NCBI GenBank assembly: GCA_020718125.1
Contig: DYDC01000001.1
Span: forward strand, 1-44,668
Direction of reading: 5' to 3'
Length of the DNA stretch: 44,668 nucleotides
Origin: Methylacidiphilum sp.
Lineage (GTDB): Bacteria; Verrucomicrobiota; Verrucomicrobiia; CAIQCK01
Shown here in pieces: positions 18,865 to 27,443 of the stretch (the stretch's first letter is position 1; every line of letters starts with the position of its first letter). Made by a program: the position numbers and the translations under genes. The notes below the pieces were generated by a model. That model had not been told where the DNA came from. It searched no databases and saw only the letters and a program-made list of their open reading frames with translations.

Positions 18865-18955
18865 TACGTAATGCGTAATACGTAAAACGGAAACGGAACC
18901 GTCGCACCCAGCCTTACGCATCACGCATTACGCATTACGGTTCACGTTTCCAGTT
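18860..18955. repeat. Inverted array of heptamers (CGTAATR)n ... (TTACGCA)n
   Basis: cgtaata cgtaatg cgtaata cgtaaaa, then ttacgca tcacgca ttacgca ttacggt. Confidence 0.85.
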
Positions 18956-18957
18956 TC

Positions 18958-20127
18958 ATGCAGCTCTATCGCGCCAAGTTCGTCCTGCCGATTGCCACAC
19001 CTCCCATCGAGGACGGTGTCGTTGCTGTCGAGCGGGGACGTGTCGCCGCAACAGGTCGAACGGCCGACTTTTCCGGCCCGTTCACCGACCTCGGCGAATG
19101 CGCCTTGCTGCCCGGCTTCATCAACGCGCACTGTCATCTCGACTACACCGACATGGCGGGCGAGGTGCCGATGCGCGGCAGCTTCACGGAATGGCTGGCC
19201 GACATCACGGCGTTGAGGCGGGCGTGGTCGGCGCCACAGTTCGCGGTGTCAGCGTGCAACGGTCTCATCGGCGCGTCCCGCAGCGGGACGACGACGTTAT
19301 GTGACATCGCAGCAACACCCGCCAACCTCGGCCTCGTGGCGGCGGCGCCGATGCGCGTATTGTCGTGTCTGGAGTTGATTGATGTCGCGGGCCAGACGAT
19401 AGACGACTCGCAATGGGCTTGTTTCGCGGGCCTCTCGCCCCACGCGCCGTTTACGGCCTCGGCGGCGCTCTACGAGAAGGCTCACACCTTCTGCCGGAAA
19501 CGCCGGCGCATTTTCACGACGCACTTGGCGGAGTCTCTCGACGAGCGGGCGATGTTCGAGGAGGCGCGTGGCGCGCTCTATGAACGGCTGCGCGCGCTGG
19601 GCCGGCCGATGAGCGACTGCGGCCACGGATCGAGCGTTGAGTTGCTTGACCGGCTGGGGGTGCTTCGCGGCGCGTTGGTGGCGCATGCGAATTGCGTCAG
19701 CGACGATGACATTGTCCGGTTGGCGCAAGCCAAGGCAATTGTCGTGCATTGCCCAAGCAGCCACCGGTTTTTCGGTCATCCACCGTTTCCGCTGGAGCGG
19801 CTGCGGGCGGCGGGCGTGCCGGTCTGTCTCGGCACCGACAGCGCCGCCAGCGGGGCGACGTTGGACATGCGCGACGAGATGCGGCAGTTTGGGGCGGCAT
19901 TTCCGGCGGTGCGGCCCGGCGACGCGCTGGCAATGGCGACCGTGGCAGCGGCTGCGGCATTGAAACGGCCGGGCGTGACGGGCACACTGGCACCGGGTGC
20001 CAGGGCCGACATGATCGCAGCAGCGGTGGAACGGAACCCGCGGGATTTGCCCGAAGCGGCGGTCATGAGCCGGGGCGCGGTGTGGTTGAACATGGTCAAT
20101 GGAAAGGCGGTGCATCGTGAGGATTGA
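18958..20127 (+). CDS. Amidohydrolase family protein (possibly aminofutalosine deaminase-like)
   Basis: PGFINAHCHL, SPHAPF, THLAES, LGTDS; the specific role is inferred only from the nearby mqnD. Confidence 0.8.
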   Translation: MQLYRAKFVLPIATPPIEDGVVAVERGRVAATGRTADFSGPFTDLGECALLPGFINAHCHLDYTDMAGEVPMRGSFTEWLADITALRRAWSAPQFAVSACNGLIGASRSGTTTLCDIAATPANLGLVAAAPMRVLSCLELIDVAGQTIDDSQWACFAGLSPHAPFTASAALYEKAHTFCRKRRRIFTTHLAESLDERAMFEEARGALYERLRALGRPMSDCGHGSSVELLDRLGVLRGALVAHANCVSDDDIVRLAQAKAIVVHCPSSHRFFGHPPFPLERLRAAGVPVCLGTDSAASGATLDMRDEMRQFGAAFPAVRPGDALAMATVAAAAALKRPGVTGTLAPGARADMIAAAVERNPRDLPEAAVMSRGAVWLNMVNGKAVHRED

Positions 20128-20791
20128 ACGACTGGGCGGCCTGCTGGCGGTCGCAATTGCGACCGTGATGTGGCGGGCGGAGGCGCAACAGGGTGTCGCG
20201 CCGCCAACGCCCGGCGGCTTCGCTCCGCACGGTGTGGGGTCGGGTGTGGGTGTCGGCGGCGCCACGGTGGCACCCGGTCAGGTGACCAACCCCGCCGGGA
20301 TCGTGAGAGGGTTGCACTTGAAAATCCAGGCCCTGATTCGCGCGCAACGCTACAACGAAGCCGAGGCGGCAACGATGGAACTGCTCCAGCGCGAACAGAA
20401 CACGCAATCACAATACGCGCAGGTTTATTTGCGGCAGATCCAGGCCGGTCGGGCGGCATTGGAGGCGCCCTTGCGCCAGATCATCGTGCCGGAGGTCAAC
20501 TTCCGGGAGGCGAACATCGCGGATGTGGTCAAGTTCCTGGGGGACGTCAGTGTTGAGCGTTCGGCAAACAAGCGCGGCATCAGTTTCGTGCTTCAACTGC
20601 CTCCGGGCGTTCCGACGTCAACGGTAACATTGAACCTTCGCCAGACGCCATTGCTCGATGTGCTCCGCTACGCCGCCTCCGGCGCCGGGCTGGAGTTCCG
20701 CTGCGAGCAGCACGCCGTGGTCATCTACAAGCCTCAACCGGCGGCTCCAGCCGCAACGCAGGGCGGGGCACAGCCGCCGCCGGCTCCGTGA
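20099..20791 (+). CDS. Secreted hypothetical protein with STN-like (secretin N-terminal) domain
   Basis: Signal-like segment; IIVPEVNFREA..DVV.FL, VTLNLRQTPL.DVLRY; start codon uncertain. Confidence 0.6.
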   Translation: MERRCIVRIERLGGLLAVAIATVMWRAEAQQGVAPPTPGGFAPHGVGSGVGVGGATVAPGQVTNPAGIVRGLHLKIQALIRAQRYNEAEAATMELLQREQNTQSQYAQVYLRQIQAGRAALEAPLRQIIVPEVNFREANIADVVKFLGDVSVERSANKRGISFVLQLPPGVPTSTVTLNLRQTPLLDVLRYAASGAGLEFRCEQHAVVIYKPQPAAPAATQGGAQPPPAP

Positions 20792-22014
20792 TGGCAATGG
20801 AACTCGACGCGTTTGCGACTGCGGCGTTGGAGGAACTGCGCGCGGCTGGATTGCTTCGGTCGCTCCGCACGGTTGGCAATCCGCAAGGCCCGCTCATTAC
20901 GGTGGACGGCCGGGAGCTGCTGAACTTCTCCTCCAACGATTACCTCGGCCTCGCGAACGATCCGTTGCTGCGCGAGGCGGCGGTGCGCGCTGTGGAGCGA
21001 TACGGCGTCGGCGCGGGCGCGTCGCGGCTGGTCTGCGGCAACATGGCGCCGTATGGCGAACTGGAGGATCGCTTGCCGGCTTTCAAGGGGAAGGAGGCGG
21101 CGGTCGTTTTCGGTTCCGGCTATGCCGCCAATGTCGGCACGATTTGCGCGCTGGTTGGTAAAGGCGACACCGTCATCCTCGACAAGCTCAACCACGCCAG
21201 CATCGTTGATGGCGCCCGGCAGAGCGGGGCGACCGTCCGCGTCTATCCGCACCGCGACATGGACAAGCTAGAGAAGTTGCTGAAACAGAGTGGGCCGTGC
21301 GTCCCGCACGGCCAATCATCGACGATCAGCCGCGCGGGACGCGCGGCCCACCCTAGTCGCACACTCGTAGTCACAGAAACCGTCTTCTCCATGGACGGCG
21401 ACCACGCGCCGCTGCGCGAGATCGTCGAGTTGAAAGACCGCTACGGCGCGTGGCTGATGATTGATGAGGCTCACGCAACGGGCCTCTACGGGTCGCGCCG
21501 GCGGGGACTGGCCGAGGAACTGGGTGTGGAGGACCAGATTGACGTGACCCTCGGCACGTTGAGCAAGGCGCTCGGCTGCGTCGGTGGTTTCGTGTGCGGC
21601 TCGCGCGCGCTCGTGGACTTGCTCATCAACCGGGCGCGCAGCCTCATTTACTCGACGGCCCTGCCGCCGGCCATCGTCGCGGCAGCGAGCGCGGCGGTGC
21701 AGTTTGTGATGAGCGACGCCGGCCAGGCACGGCGGGAGTTGTTGTTGCAGCGGGTGAAGGAATTGCATCAAGGTGTGGTCAACCTTGGATACCGCAGCGT
21801 TCCGACCGGAGCAATCATGCCGATGGTTGTCGGTGACGAAGTCAAAGCGATGGCCCTGTCGCGGAGGCTGCTGGACGCCGGCGTCTTTGTCCCGGCGATC
21901 CGTTATCCGACCGTCGCCCGTGGCGCGGCACGCTTGCGGCTGACTGTGACGGCCGCGCATACCGCTGAACGGGTTCAGTTGCTGATAGGAAAGCTGTCGG
22001 GCGCGGGCCAGTGA
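20791..22014 (+). CDS. bioF: 8-amino-7-oxononanoate synthase (with in-frame palindromic insertion)
   Basis: FSSNDYLGL, SGYAAN, LNHASIVDG, FSMDGD, DEAH, GTLSKA. Confidence 0.95.
   Translation: MAMELDAFATAALEELRAAGLLRSLRTVGNPQGPLITVDGRELLNFSSNDYLGLANDPLLREAAVRAVERYGVGAGASRLVCGNMAPYGELEDRLPAFKGKEAAVVFGSGYAANVGTICALVGKGDTVILDKLNHASIVDGARQSGATVRVYPHRDMDKLEKLLKQSGPCVPHGQSSTISRAGRAAHPSRTLVVTETVFSMDGDHAPLREIVELKDRYGAWLMIDEAHATGLYGSRRRGLAEELGVEDQIDVTLGTLSKALGCVGGFVCGSRALVDLLINRARSLIYSTALPPAIVAAASAAVQFVMSDAGQARRELLLQRVKELHQGVVNLGYRSVPTGAIMPMVVGDEVKAMALSRRLLDAGVFVPAIRYPTVARGAARLRLTVTAAHTAERVQLLIGKLSGAGQ
21287..21354. repeat. REP doublet family A inserted in frame in bioF
   Basis: agagtgggccgtgcgtcccgcacggcc ... 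gccgcgcgggacgcgcggcccaccct; encodes QSGPCVPHGQSSTISRAGRAAHP. Confidence 0.9.
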
Positions 22015-22025
22015 GTGTGCGCATC

Positions 22026-22072
22026 GCGTTTCACGTTTCACGCTTCACTCGCCATGCCCCACGCTTTACGCT
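22026..22072. repeat. Degenerate heptamer run (CGTTTCA-like) between bioF and bioA
   Basis: cgtttca cgtttca cgcttca ... cgcttta cgct. Confidence 0.6.
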
Positions 22073-22081
22073 CCCCGCCGC

Positions 22082-23413
22082 ATGGATTCGCTCGCTGACA
22101 AGGACCATCGCCACCTCTGGCATCCGTTCACGCAGATGCGTGACTGGATGGCGGAGGAGCCTGTCATTATCGCGCGGGGGCAGGGTGCGCGACTGTGGGA
22201 CACGAAGGGTCGCGAGTATCTCGACGCCAACGCCTCGATCTGGACGAATATCCACGGCCACAACCATCCGCGCATCAACGCCGCCATCCGCGCCCAACTG
22301 GAGAAGGTCGCGCACAGTTCGTTCCTCGGCCTGTCGAACGTGCCGGCCATCGAACTGGCGGAGAAGTTGGTCAGCATCGCGCCTGTAGCGGCGGTCTCTG
22401 ACCGCCGTCGGTTGCCAGAAGACGAACAGCCGGCGGTCAGAGACCGCCGCTACAGTCCGCTCACACGCGTTTTCTACAGCGACGACGGCTCCACGGCGGT
22501 CGAGGTGGCAATCAAGATGGCGCTGCATTACTGGGTCCATCGCGGCCAGCCGCAGCGACGGCGGTTCGTGGCATTCAGCGGCGCCTATCACGGCGATACG
22601 GTCGGCGCGGTGAGCCTCGGCGGGATTGATCTGTTTCACGCGGCCTACAAGCCGCTGCTGTTTGAAGTGGAGCATGTGGCGGACGCGGCGGCGCTGAGAT
22701 CAGTTTTGGAGAGGCATGGCAAAGAAGTGGCTGCGGTGGCGATCGAACCTCTGATTCAGGGCGCGGCGGGGATGAAGGTGTGGCCGCGCGGTTTGTTGGC
22801 AGAGACGCGGCGGCTTTGCGATGAGCACGGGGCGTTGCTGGTCGCCGACGAAGTGATGACGGGCTTTGGCCGGACAGGAACGATGTTCGCGTGCGAGCAG
22901 GAGAGCGTGACGCCGGATTTTCTGTGTCTGGCGAAAGGGTTGACGGGCGGCTACATGCCGCTGGCGGCGACACTGACGACTGACGCAGTGTTCGAAGCGT
23001 TTCTCGGCAGCTACGAAGACCAGAAGACGTTCTTTCACGGCCACAGTTATACAGGCAACCAGCTCGGCTGCGCGGCGGCGCTGGCAAGCTTGGCGGTCTT
23101 CGAGGAAGAGCAGACGCTGGAGCAGTTGCAGCCGAAGATTGGGTTGCTGCGGAACGATCTACAGGAGTTCTGCGAGCTGAAGGCGGTGATGGAGGTCCGT
23201 CAGTGTGGCTTCATCGGCGCAGTGGAGCTTGGCTCGTATCCGTGGAAGGCAAAGGCGGGCATCCGAGTGTGCCAGCGTGCGCGCGAGCTGGGCGCGCTGA
23301 CGCGGCCCATCGGCAACGTCATCGTCATCATGCCGCCACTGTGTGTGACGGAGGATGAGTTGCGGAAGATATGCGAGGCGCTGCGACGGGCGATTCAGGA
23401 GGAGTTGAGATGA
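22082..23413 (+). CDS. bioA: Adenosylmethionine-8-amino-7-oxononanoate aminotransferase (with in-frame palindromic insertion)
   Basis: LWHPFTQM, YSDDGSTAVEVAIKMA, YHGDT, DEVMTGFGRTG, AKGLTGGY, HGHSYTGN. Confidence 0.95.
   Translation: MDSLADKDHRHLWHPFTQMRDWMAEEPVIIARGQGARLWDTKGREYLDANASIWTNIHGHNHPRINAAIRAQLEKVAHSSFLGLSNVPAIELAEKLVSIAPVAAVSDRRRLPEDEQPAVRDRRYSPLTRVFYSDDGSTAVEVAIKMALHYWVHRGQPQRRRFVAFSGAYHGDTVGAVSLGGIDLFHAAYKPLLFEVEHVADAAALRSVLERHGKEVAAVAIEPLIQGAAGMKVWPRGLLAETRRLCDEHGALLVADEVMTGFGRTGTMFACEQESVTPDFLCLAKGLTGGYMPLAATLTTDAVFEAFLGSYEDQKTFFHGHSYTGNQLGCAAALASLAVFEEEQTLEQLQPKIGLLRNDLQEFCELKAVMEVRQCGFIGAVELGSYPWKAKAGIRVCQRARELGALTRPIGNVIVIMPPLCVTEDELRKICEALRRAIQEELR
22383..22455. repeat. 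REP doublet family B inserted in frame in bioA
   Basis: Perfect 25-bp inverted repeat ctgtagcggcggtctctgaccgccg / cggcggtcagagaccgccgctacag around a 23-nt spacer. Confidence 0.92.
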
Positions 23414-24075
23414 AGGCCGAAGGTCGAAGGTCGAAGGCCGAAGGAAGGCCGAAATCCGAAAACCGAAGCGCGGCGTGTGTGTTTGTGACTGGAACAGATA
23501 CGGGGGTGGGCAAGACATTTGTGACGGCGGCGCTTGTGCGAGCATTGCGGAAAGCGGGCGTCCATGCGGGCGCAGTGAAACCATTTGCCACAGGGAACCG
23601 GGACGATGCGCGGGTGTTGCGGGCGGCAATGGACGGCGAGTTGACGCTGGCGGAGATCAATCCAGTGTTCTTCCGACGGCCGTTGGCGCCGATGGTGGCG
23701 GCGCGGTTGGAGGGGAAACGTGTGCCGCTGCGAGTAAGACTGCCGGCCAAGCGGTTCGATTTGCTGCTGGTCGAGGGCGTCGGGGGCTGGCTGGCGCCTC
23801 TGACGGATCGTGTGATGGTGGCGGATTGGGTGGCGCGGCAGGGCTGGCCGATCGTCATTGTTGCGCGGGCGGGCTTGGGAACGATCAATCACACGCTGCT
23901 GACGGTGGAAAGCGCGCGGCGGCGAGGTGTGAAGATTGTAGCCGTGATTCTGAATGACGTGGACAAGGCTGGCACGGCAGCGGCGCGGAGGAACGCGGTC
24001 GTCTTGCGGCGGTTGACGCGGCTGCCGGTGTTCGTGTCGGCAAGTGGATTGGCGGCTGCGCTTCTCGGACGATGA
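23410..24075 (+). CDS. bioD: Dethiobiotin synthase
   Basis: FVTGTDTGVGKT, VEGVGG, LGTINHTLLT; N-terminus made of heptamer repeats. Confidence 0.93.
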   Translation: MKAEGRRSKAEGRPKSENRSAACVFVTGTDTGVGKTFVTAALVRALRKAGVHAGAVKPFATGNRDDARVLRAAMDGELTLAEINPVFFRRPLAPMVAARLEGKRVPLRVRLPAKRFDLLLVEGVGGWLAPLTDRVMVADWVARQGWPIVIVARAGLGTINHTLLTVESARRRGVKIVAVILNDVDKAGTAAARRNAVVLRRLTRLPVFVSASGLAAALLGR

Positions 24076-24083
24076 TGCAGCCG

Positions 24084-24530
24084 CTACGAGGCGCGCGGTT
24101 GCAGAATCAGGCAATCCAAGCCGTGGAATCGGGAGAAGCCTTGATCGAACGTCACCAGCCGAACACCGGCGCATTTGGCAAAGGCCGCCAGATACGCGTC
24201 CGTCCACAGGTTCGGCGATGTCCGCCCCAAGTCGCTGAACCTTGCCCATGTTTCGTCCAGATCGCGCGGCTCGGACTGCAACTGGATTTCAGGCAGTGCC
24301 AGCAAGTCCACGCACTGCTTCCACGCAGCCGCAGGCGTCAGCACATGGACGCCCATGACGCTCTTGTTGGTCAGCAGCCGCAGAAACCCCATCTGTGCGA
24401 CACGACAAAGGACAACCCGCGCTGCCGCCTCGCGCTCCCAATACGCCGCCGCCTCTTTGTGATGCGCGTGGGCCTCCGCCACAAGCGCCAGCCAGACGTT
24501 GGCGTCCAGCAGATCAGTGGATCTTGGCAA
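24084..24530 (-). CDS. vapC: VapC-family PIN-domain toxin
   Basis: LLDANVWLAL, GFLRLLTN, WTDAYLAAFA, LVTFD. Confidence 0.9.
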   Translation of the reverse strand: MPRSTDLLDANVWLALVAEAHAHHKEAAAYWEREAAARVVLCRVAQMGFLRLLTNKSVMGVHVLTPAAAWKQCVDLLALPEIQLQSEPRDLDETWARFSDLGRTSPNLWTDAYLAAFAKCAGVRLVTFDQGFSRFHGLDCLILQPRAS

Positions 24531-24774
24531 GGTCTTCCTCCTCCTCCAGCCTGGCTCGCAGAGCCGGCGTCACGCTGGCGATGATGCCCTTGCCGCGGCG
24601 TTTGATGATCGGCAGCCGGCTCCGCTTGCGCCCGGCCGTGGTGGATCGGTGCGGCTCCCGCAGCCCGTTCTCCATATACCGCATCAGCATTTCCTTCAGC
24701 GACGAGCCTTGCAGTGCCGCCTTCGCCTTCACTCGGCGGAACAACTCATCCGGCAAATCCAACGTCGTTCTCAT
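24514..24774 (-). CDS. VapB-like ribbon-helix-helix antitoxin
   Basis: MRTTLDLPDELFRRVKAKAA; overlaps the toxin start. Confidence 0.85.
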   Translation of the reverse strand: MRTTLDLPDELFRRVKAKAALQGSSLKEMLMRYMENGLREPHRSTTAGRKRSRLPIIKRRGKGIIASVTPALRARLEEEEDLAKIH

Positions 24775-24845
24775 GGACGCATCTTCACATCAAAGCATAT
24801 TGCCGTCAACATTCGGGAATGCGCCTGCGCGTGGGGAATGGCATG

Positions 24846-26255
24846 TTATTTCGCCTGAAGCGCGGCCAATATCTTGCCGTGGATTCCGCCGAAGCCGCCG
24901 TTGGAGAAGATGGCGACGACATCGTTGGGGCGCAGCAGCGGCACAATGGAGGCGACGATGGCGTCGGCGTCGGGGAGGTAGTGGGCGGGCCGGCCTCGCG
25001 CGGCGATGTCGGCGATGAGGCGTTCAGGCGACAGGCGGTCGTGTTCGGCTAGCTGCTCCAACCGGGCGATCTGGCTGACGAAGACGCCGTCGGCTTCGGC
25101 GAGCGATTCGGCTAGTTCCTTCTGGAAGACGCAGCGGCGGGTGGTGTTGCTGCGCGGTTCGAAGACGGCCCAGAGGCGGCGGCCGGGGAACTGCGGGCGG
25201 AAGGCGCGGAGGGTCTCGCGGATGGCGGTCGGGTGATGACCAAAGTCGTCCACGACGGTGACGCCGCCGGCTTCGCCGCGGATTTCCTGCCGGCGCTTGA
25301 TGCCGCGGAAGGTGTCGAAGGCGGCCTGGATTTCGGCGGCCGTGAGGCCGTGGTGAAGTGACGCGGCGGCGACGGCGAGGGCGTTGCGGACGTTGTGCTG
25401 GCCCAAGAGGGAAATGCGGAATGCGTAATGCGTAATGCGTAACTCGGAATAGTCGGCAGCCAGCCGCACGTCAGTGGCTCGGAAGTCGTTGCCGGGGCCG
25501 AGGCCGAAAGTTTTGACGGGGCAGGGGGCGGTGGCGATGACTTCACGGACGTTGGGGTCGTCGCCGTTGGCGAGGACGAGGCCGTTGGGCGGGACGATGT
25601 TGATGAGGCGGCGGAAGGTGAGCTTGATGTCGTCGAGACTCGCGAAGATGTCGGCGTGGTCGAATTCGATGTTGTTGATGATGACGGTGTCGGGCAGGTA
25701 GTGGAGGAACTTGGAGCGCTTGTCGAAGAACGCGGTGTCGTATTCGTCGCCCTCGCTGATGAAGTAGCGGGCCTTTGGCGGGCAGGCGCAGCCTTGGCCG
25801 AGGTTGAGCGGGATGCCGCCGATGAGGTAGCCGGGGGCGCGGCCGGCGTGCTGGAAGGTCCAGGCCAGCAGCGACGTGGTGGTGGTCTTGCCGTGGGTGC
25901 CGGTGACGACAATGGAGGTCTTTCCCTGGATGAAGAACTCGCGCAGGACTTCGGGCAGCGAGGCGTAGCGGAGTCTGCGATCGAGGACGGCCTCGACCTC
26001 GGGGTTGCCTCGGCTGATGACGTTGCCGATGACGACGAGATCGGGCGCGCCGACGGCATCGAGGTTGGCGGCGGCATAGGAGGCCATCGCGGTGATGTCC
26101 TGTCCGGCGAGGAACGTGGACATGGGTGGATACACGTTCTGGTCGGAGCCGGTGACGCGCAGGCCGCGTTGTTTGAGGAGTGCGGCGGCAGCGGCCATGG
26201 CGGCGCCGCAGATGCCGAGGAAGTGGACGTGACGAATCTGGTCGGGCAGCAGCAT
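24846..26255 (-). CDS. mpl: Murein peptide ligase (UDP-MurNAc:L-Ala-gamma-D-Glu-mDAP ligase)
   Basis: HFLGICG, YPPMST, GTHGKTTT, EGDEYDTAFFDKRSKF, EFDHADIF, DDFGHHPTAI, EPRSNT. Confidence 0.92.
   Translation of the reverse strand: MLLPDQIRHVHFLGICGAAMAAAAALLKQRGLRVTGSDQNVYPPMSTFLAGQDITAMASYAAANLDAVGAPDLVVIGNVISRGNPEVEAVLDRRLRYASLPEVLREFFIQGKTSIVVTGTHGKTTTTSLLAWTFQHAGRAPGYLIGGIPLNLGQGCACPPKARYFISEGDEYDTAFFDKRSKFLHYLPDTVIINNIEFDHADIFASLDDIKLTFRRLINIVPPNGLVLANGDDPNVREVIATAPCPVKTFGLGPGNDFRATDVRLAADYSELRITHYAFRISLLGQHNVRNALAVAAASLHHGLTAAEIQAAFDTFRGIKRRQEIRGEAGGVTVVDDFGHHPTAIRETLRAFRPQFPGRRLWAVFEPRSNTTRRCVFQKELAESLAEADGVFVSQIARLEQLAEHDRLSPERLIADIAARGRPAHYLPDADAIVASIVPLLRPNDVVAIFSNGGFGGIHGKILAALQAK
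25413..25442. repeat. (AATGCGT)n heptamer run inside mpl
   Basis: aatgcgg aatgcgt aatgcgt aatgcgt aa; reads LRITHYAFRI; same unit as 18860-18955. Confidence 0.85.
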
Positions 26256-26334
26256 GGCGGCGACGGTAACGGCGCGCGGCGCGGGATTCAAACTTGATTT
26301 TCCCCCTGCGCGGGGGCTATCTCTGCTTGCAGCC

Positions 26335-26643
26335 ATGCCGACCTACGAATATCGCTGTAAGAAGTGCGACCACGAGTTTGAGGTGTTCCAGTCCATCAAG
26401 GACGCGCCGAAGAAGACCTGCCCGAAATGCAAGGGCCGCGTCGAGCGGCTCATCGGCGCGGGGGCGGGACTGCTTTTCAAAGGCTCGGGGTTCTACATCA
26501 CCGACTACCGGAGCGAGAGCTACAAGTCGGCGGCCAAGAGCGAGTCGTCGGCGTCGAAGGTTGAGAAACCGGCAAGCGGCGACGCCAAGTCTGCGGCTGG
26601 TTCCCACAAAAGTAAAAGCGGCGGTTCGGAGGCAAAGAAATGA
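26335..26643 (+). CDS. FmdB-family zinc ribbon protein
   Basis: MPTYEYRC..C...CPKC...FKGSGFYITDY. Confidence 0.9.
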   Translation: MPTYEYRCKKCDHEFEVFQSIKDAPKKTCPKCKGRVERLIGAGAGLLFKGSGFYITDYRSESYKSAAKSESSASKVEKPASGDAKSAAGSHKSKSGGSEAKK

Positions 26644-27443
26644 TCAAGTGCGGCGTTTGCGGTTTTGACAATTCATTGGGCCGGGTTCACTGCGTGCAGT
26701 GCGGCACGAAAATTGACCTGAGCAAGGTCGTGCCGGAAGGCGCGAAGACCAAGGGGAAGGGGGCTGTCGTGCTGGGCAGGACTCCCGGCGCACGCAAGTC
26801 CGTTGCGAAAACAATTTGCAAACTGGCGGACCTGGCCGTGCTTGCGGTGATCGTGGCGGCTCTTGTGTCGATATGGCAGGAAACGTCGCTCAAGCCCATC
26901 GAGCGAGGGCCGTCATGGGCGCTGGCGGCCAAGGGCAAGGTGGAAACGCTGTCGGCCGCGGTGCGGCTGGGGACGCCGTTGCCGCAGCCGCTGGAGTTTT
27001 CGGAGGCGGAGATCAACTCCTACATCGATGATCCCGCGTCTCCGCGGCGCCTGCCGCCGCCGCCCCAGGGGAAGGAACGTTTCAGCGCGCAGATCGTGCG
27101 GCGCCAGATCGAACTGGCGGAAGGCTCGATGACTGCGGTGGCGGTTGGCGAAATCAAACTGCCCAACTACGTGAAGCGCATCGTGGTCCGTGTCGGGGCG
27201 GAACTTGCGGGCGAGGCGGGTGGCCGCCGTCTGCGCCTGACAACGGCGCGCATTGGCAATCTGCCCCTTCACGCGCTGCCGTGGGGCGACAGACTGGTCG
27301 AGTTGTGCGGCAAGCATTTCTTCCAGTTCGAATTCTACGACACGGAGTGGAAGCTCATCCAACGCGCGAGCAACGTGCGCCTGGCGGCGGGGAAGGCGGT
27401 TGTCTCCTTCGGCGGGGGCGGCGCGCCCGCGGCCCGACAATGA
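26640..27443 (+). CDS. Hypothetical membrane protein with N-terminal zinc ribbon
   Basis: CGVC..N...HCVQCG followed by one TM segment. Confidence 0.65.
   Translation: MIKCGVCGFDNSLGRVHCVQCGTKIDLSKVVPEGAKTKGKGAVVLGRTPGARKSVAKTICKLADLAVLAVIVAALVSIWQETSLKPIERGPSWALAAKGKVETLSAAVRLGTPLPQPLEFSEAEINSYIDDPASPRRLPPPPQGKERFSAQIVRRQIELAEGSMTAVAVGEIKLPNYVKRIVVRVGAELAGEAGGRRLRLTTARIGNLPLHALPWGDRLVELCGKHFFQFEFYDTEWKLIQRASNVRLAAGKAVVSFGGGGAPAARQ

Noticed and set aside
24084..24774. VapBC module as a novel system
   Set aside because: An ordinary type II TA pair with canonical motifs.
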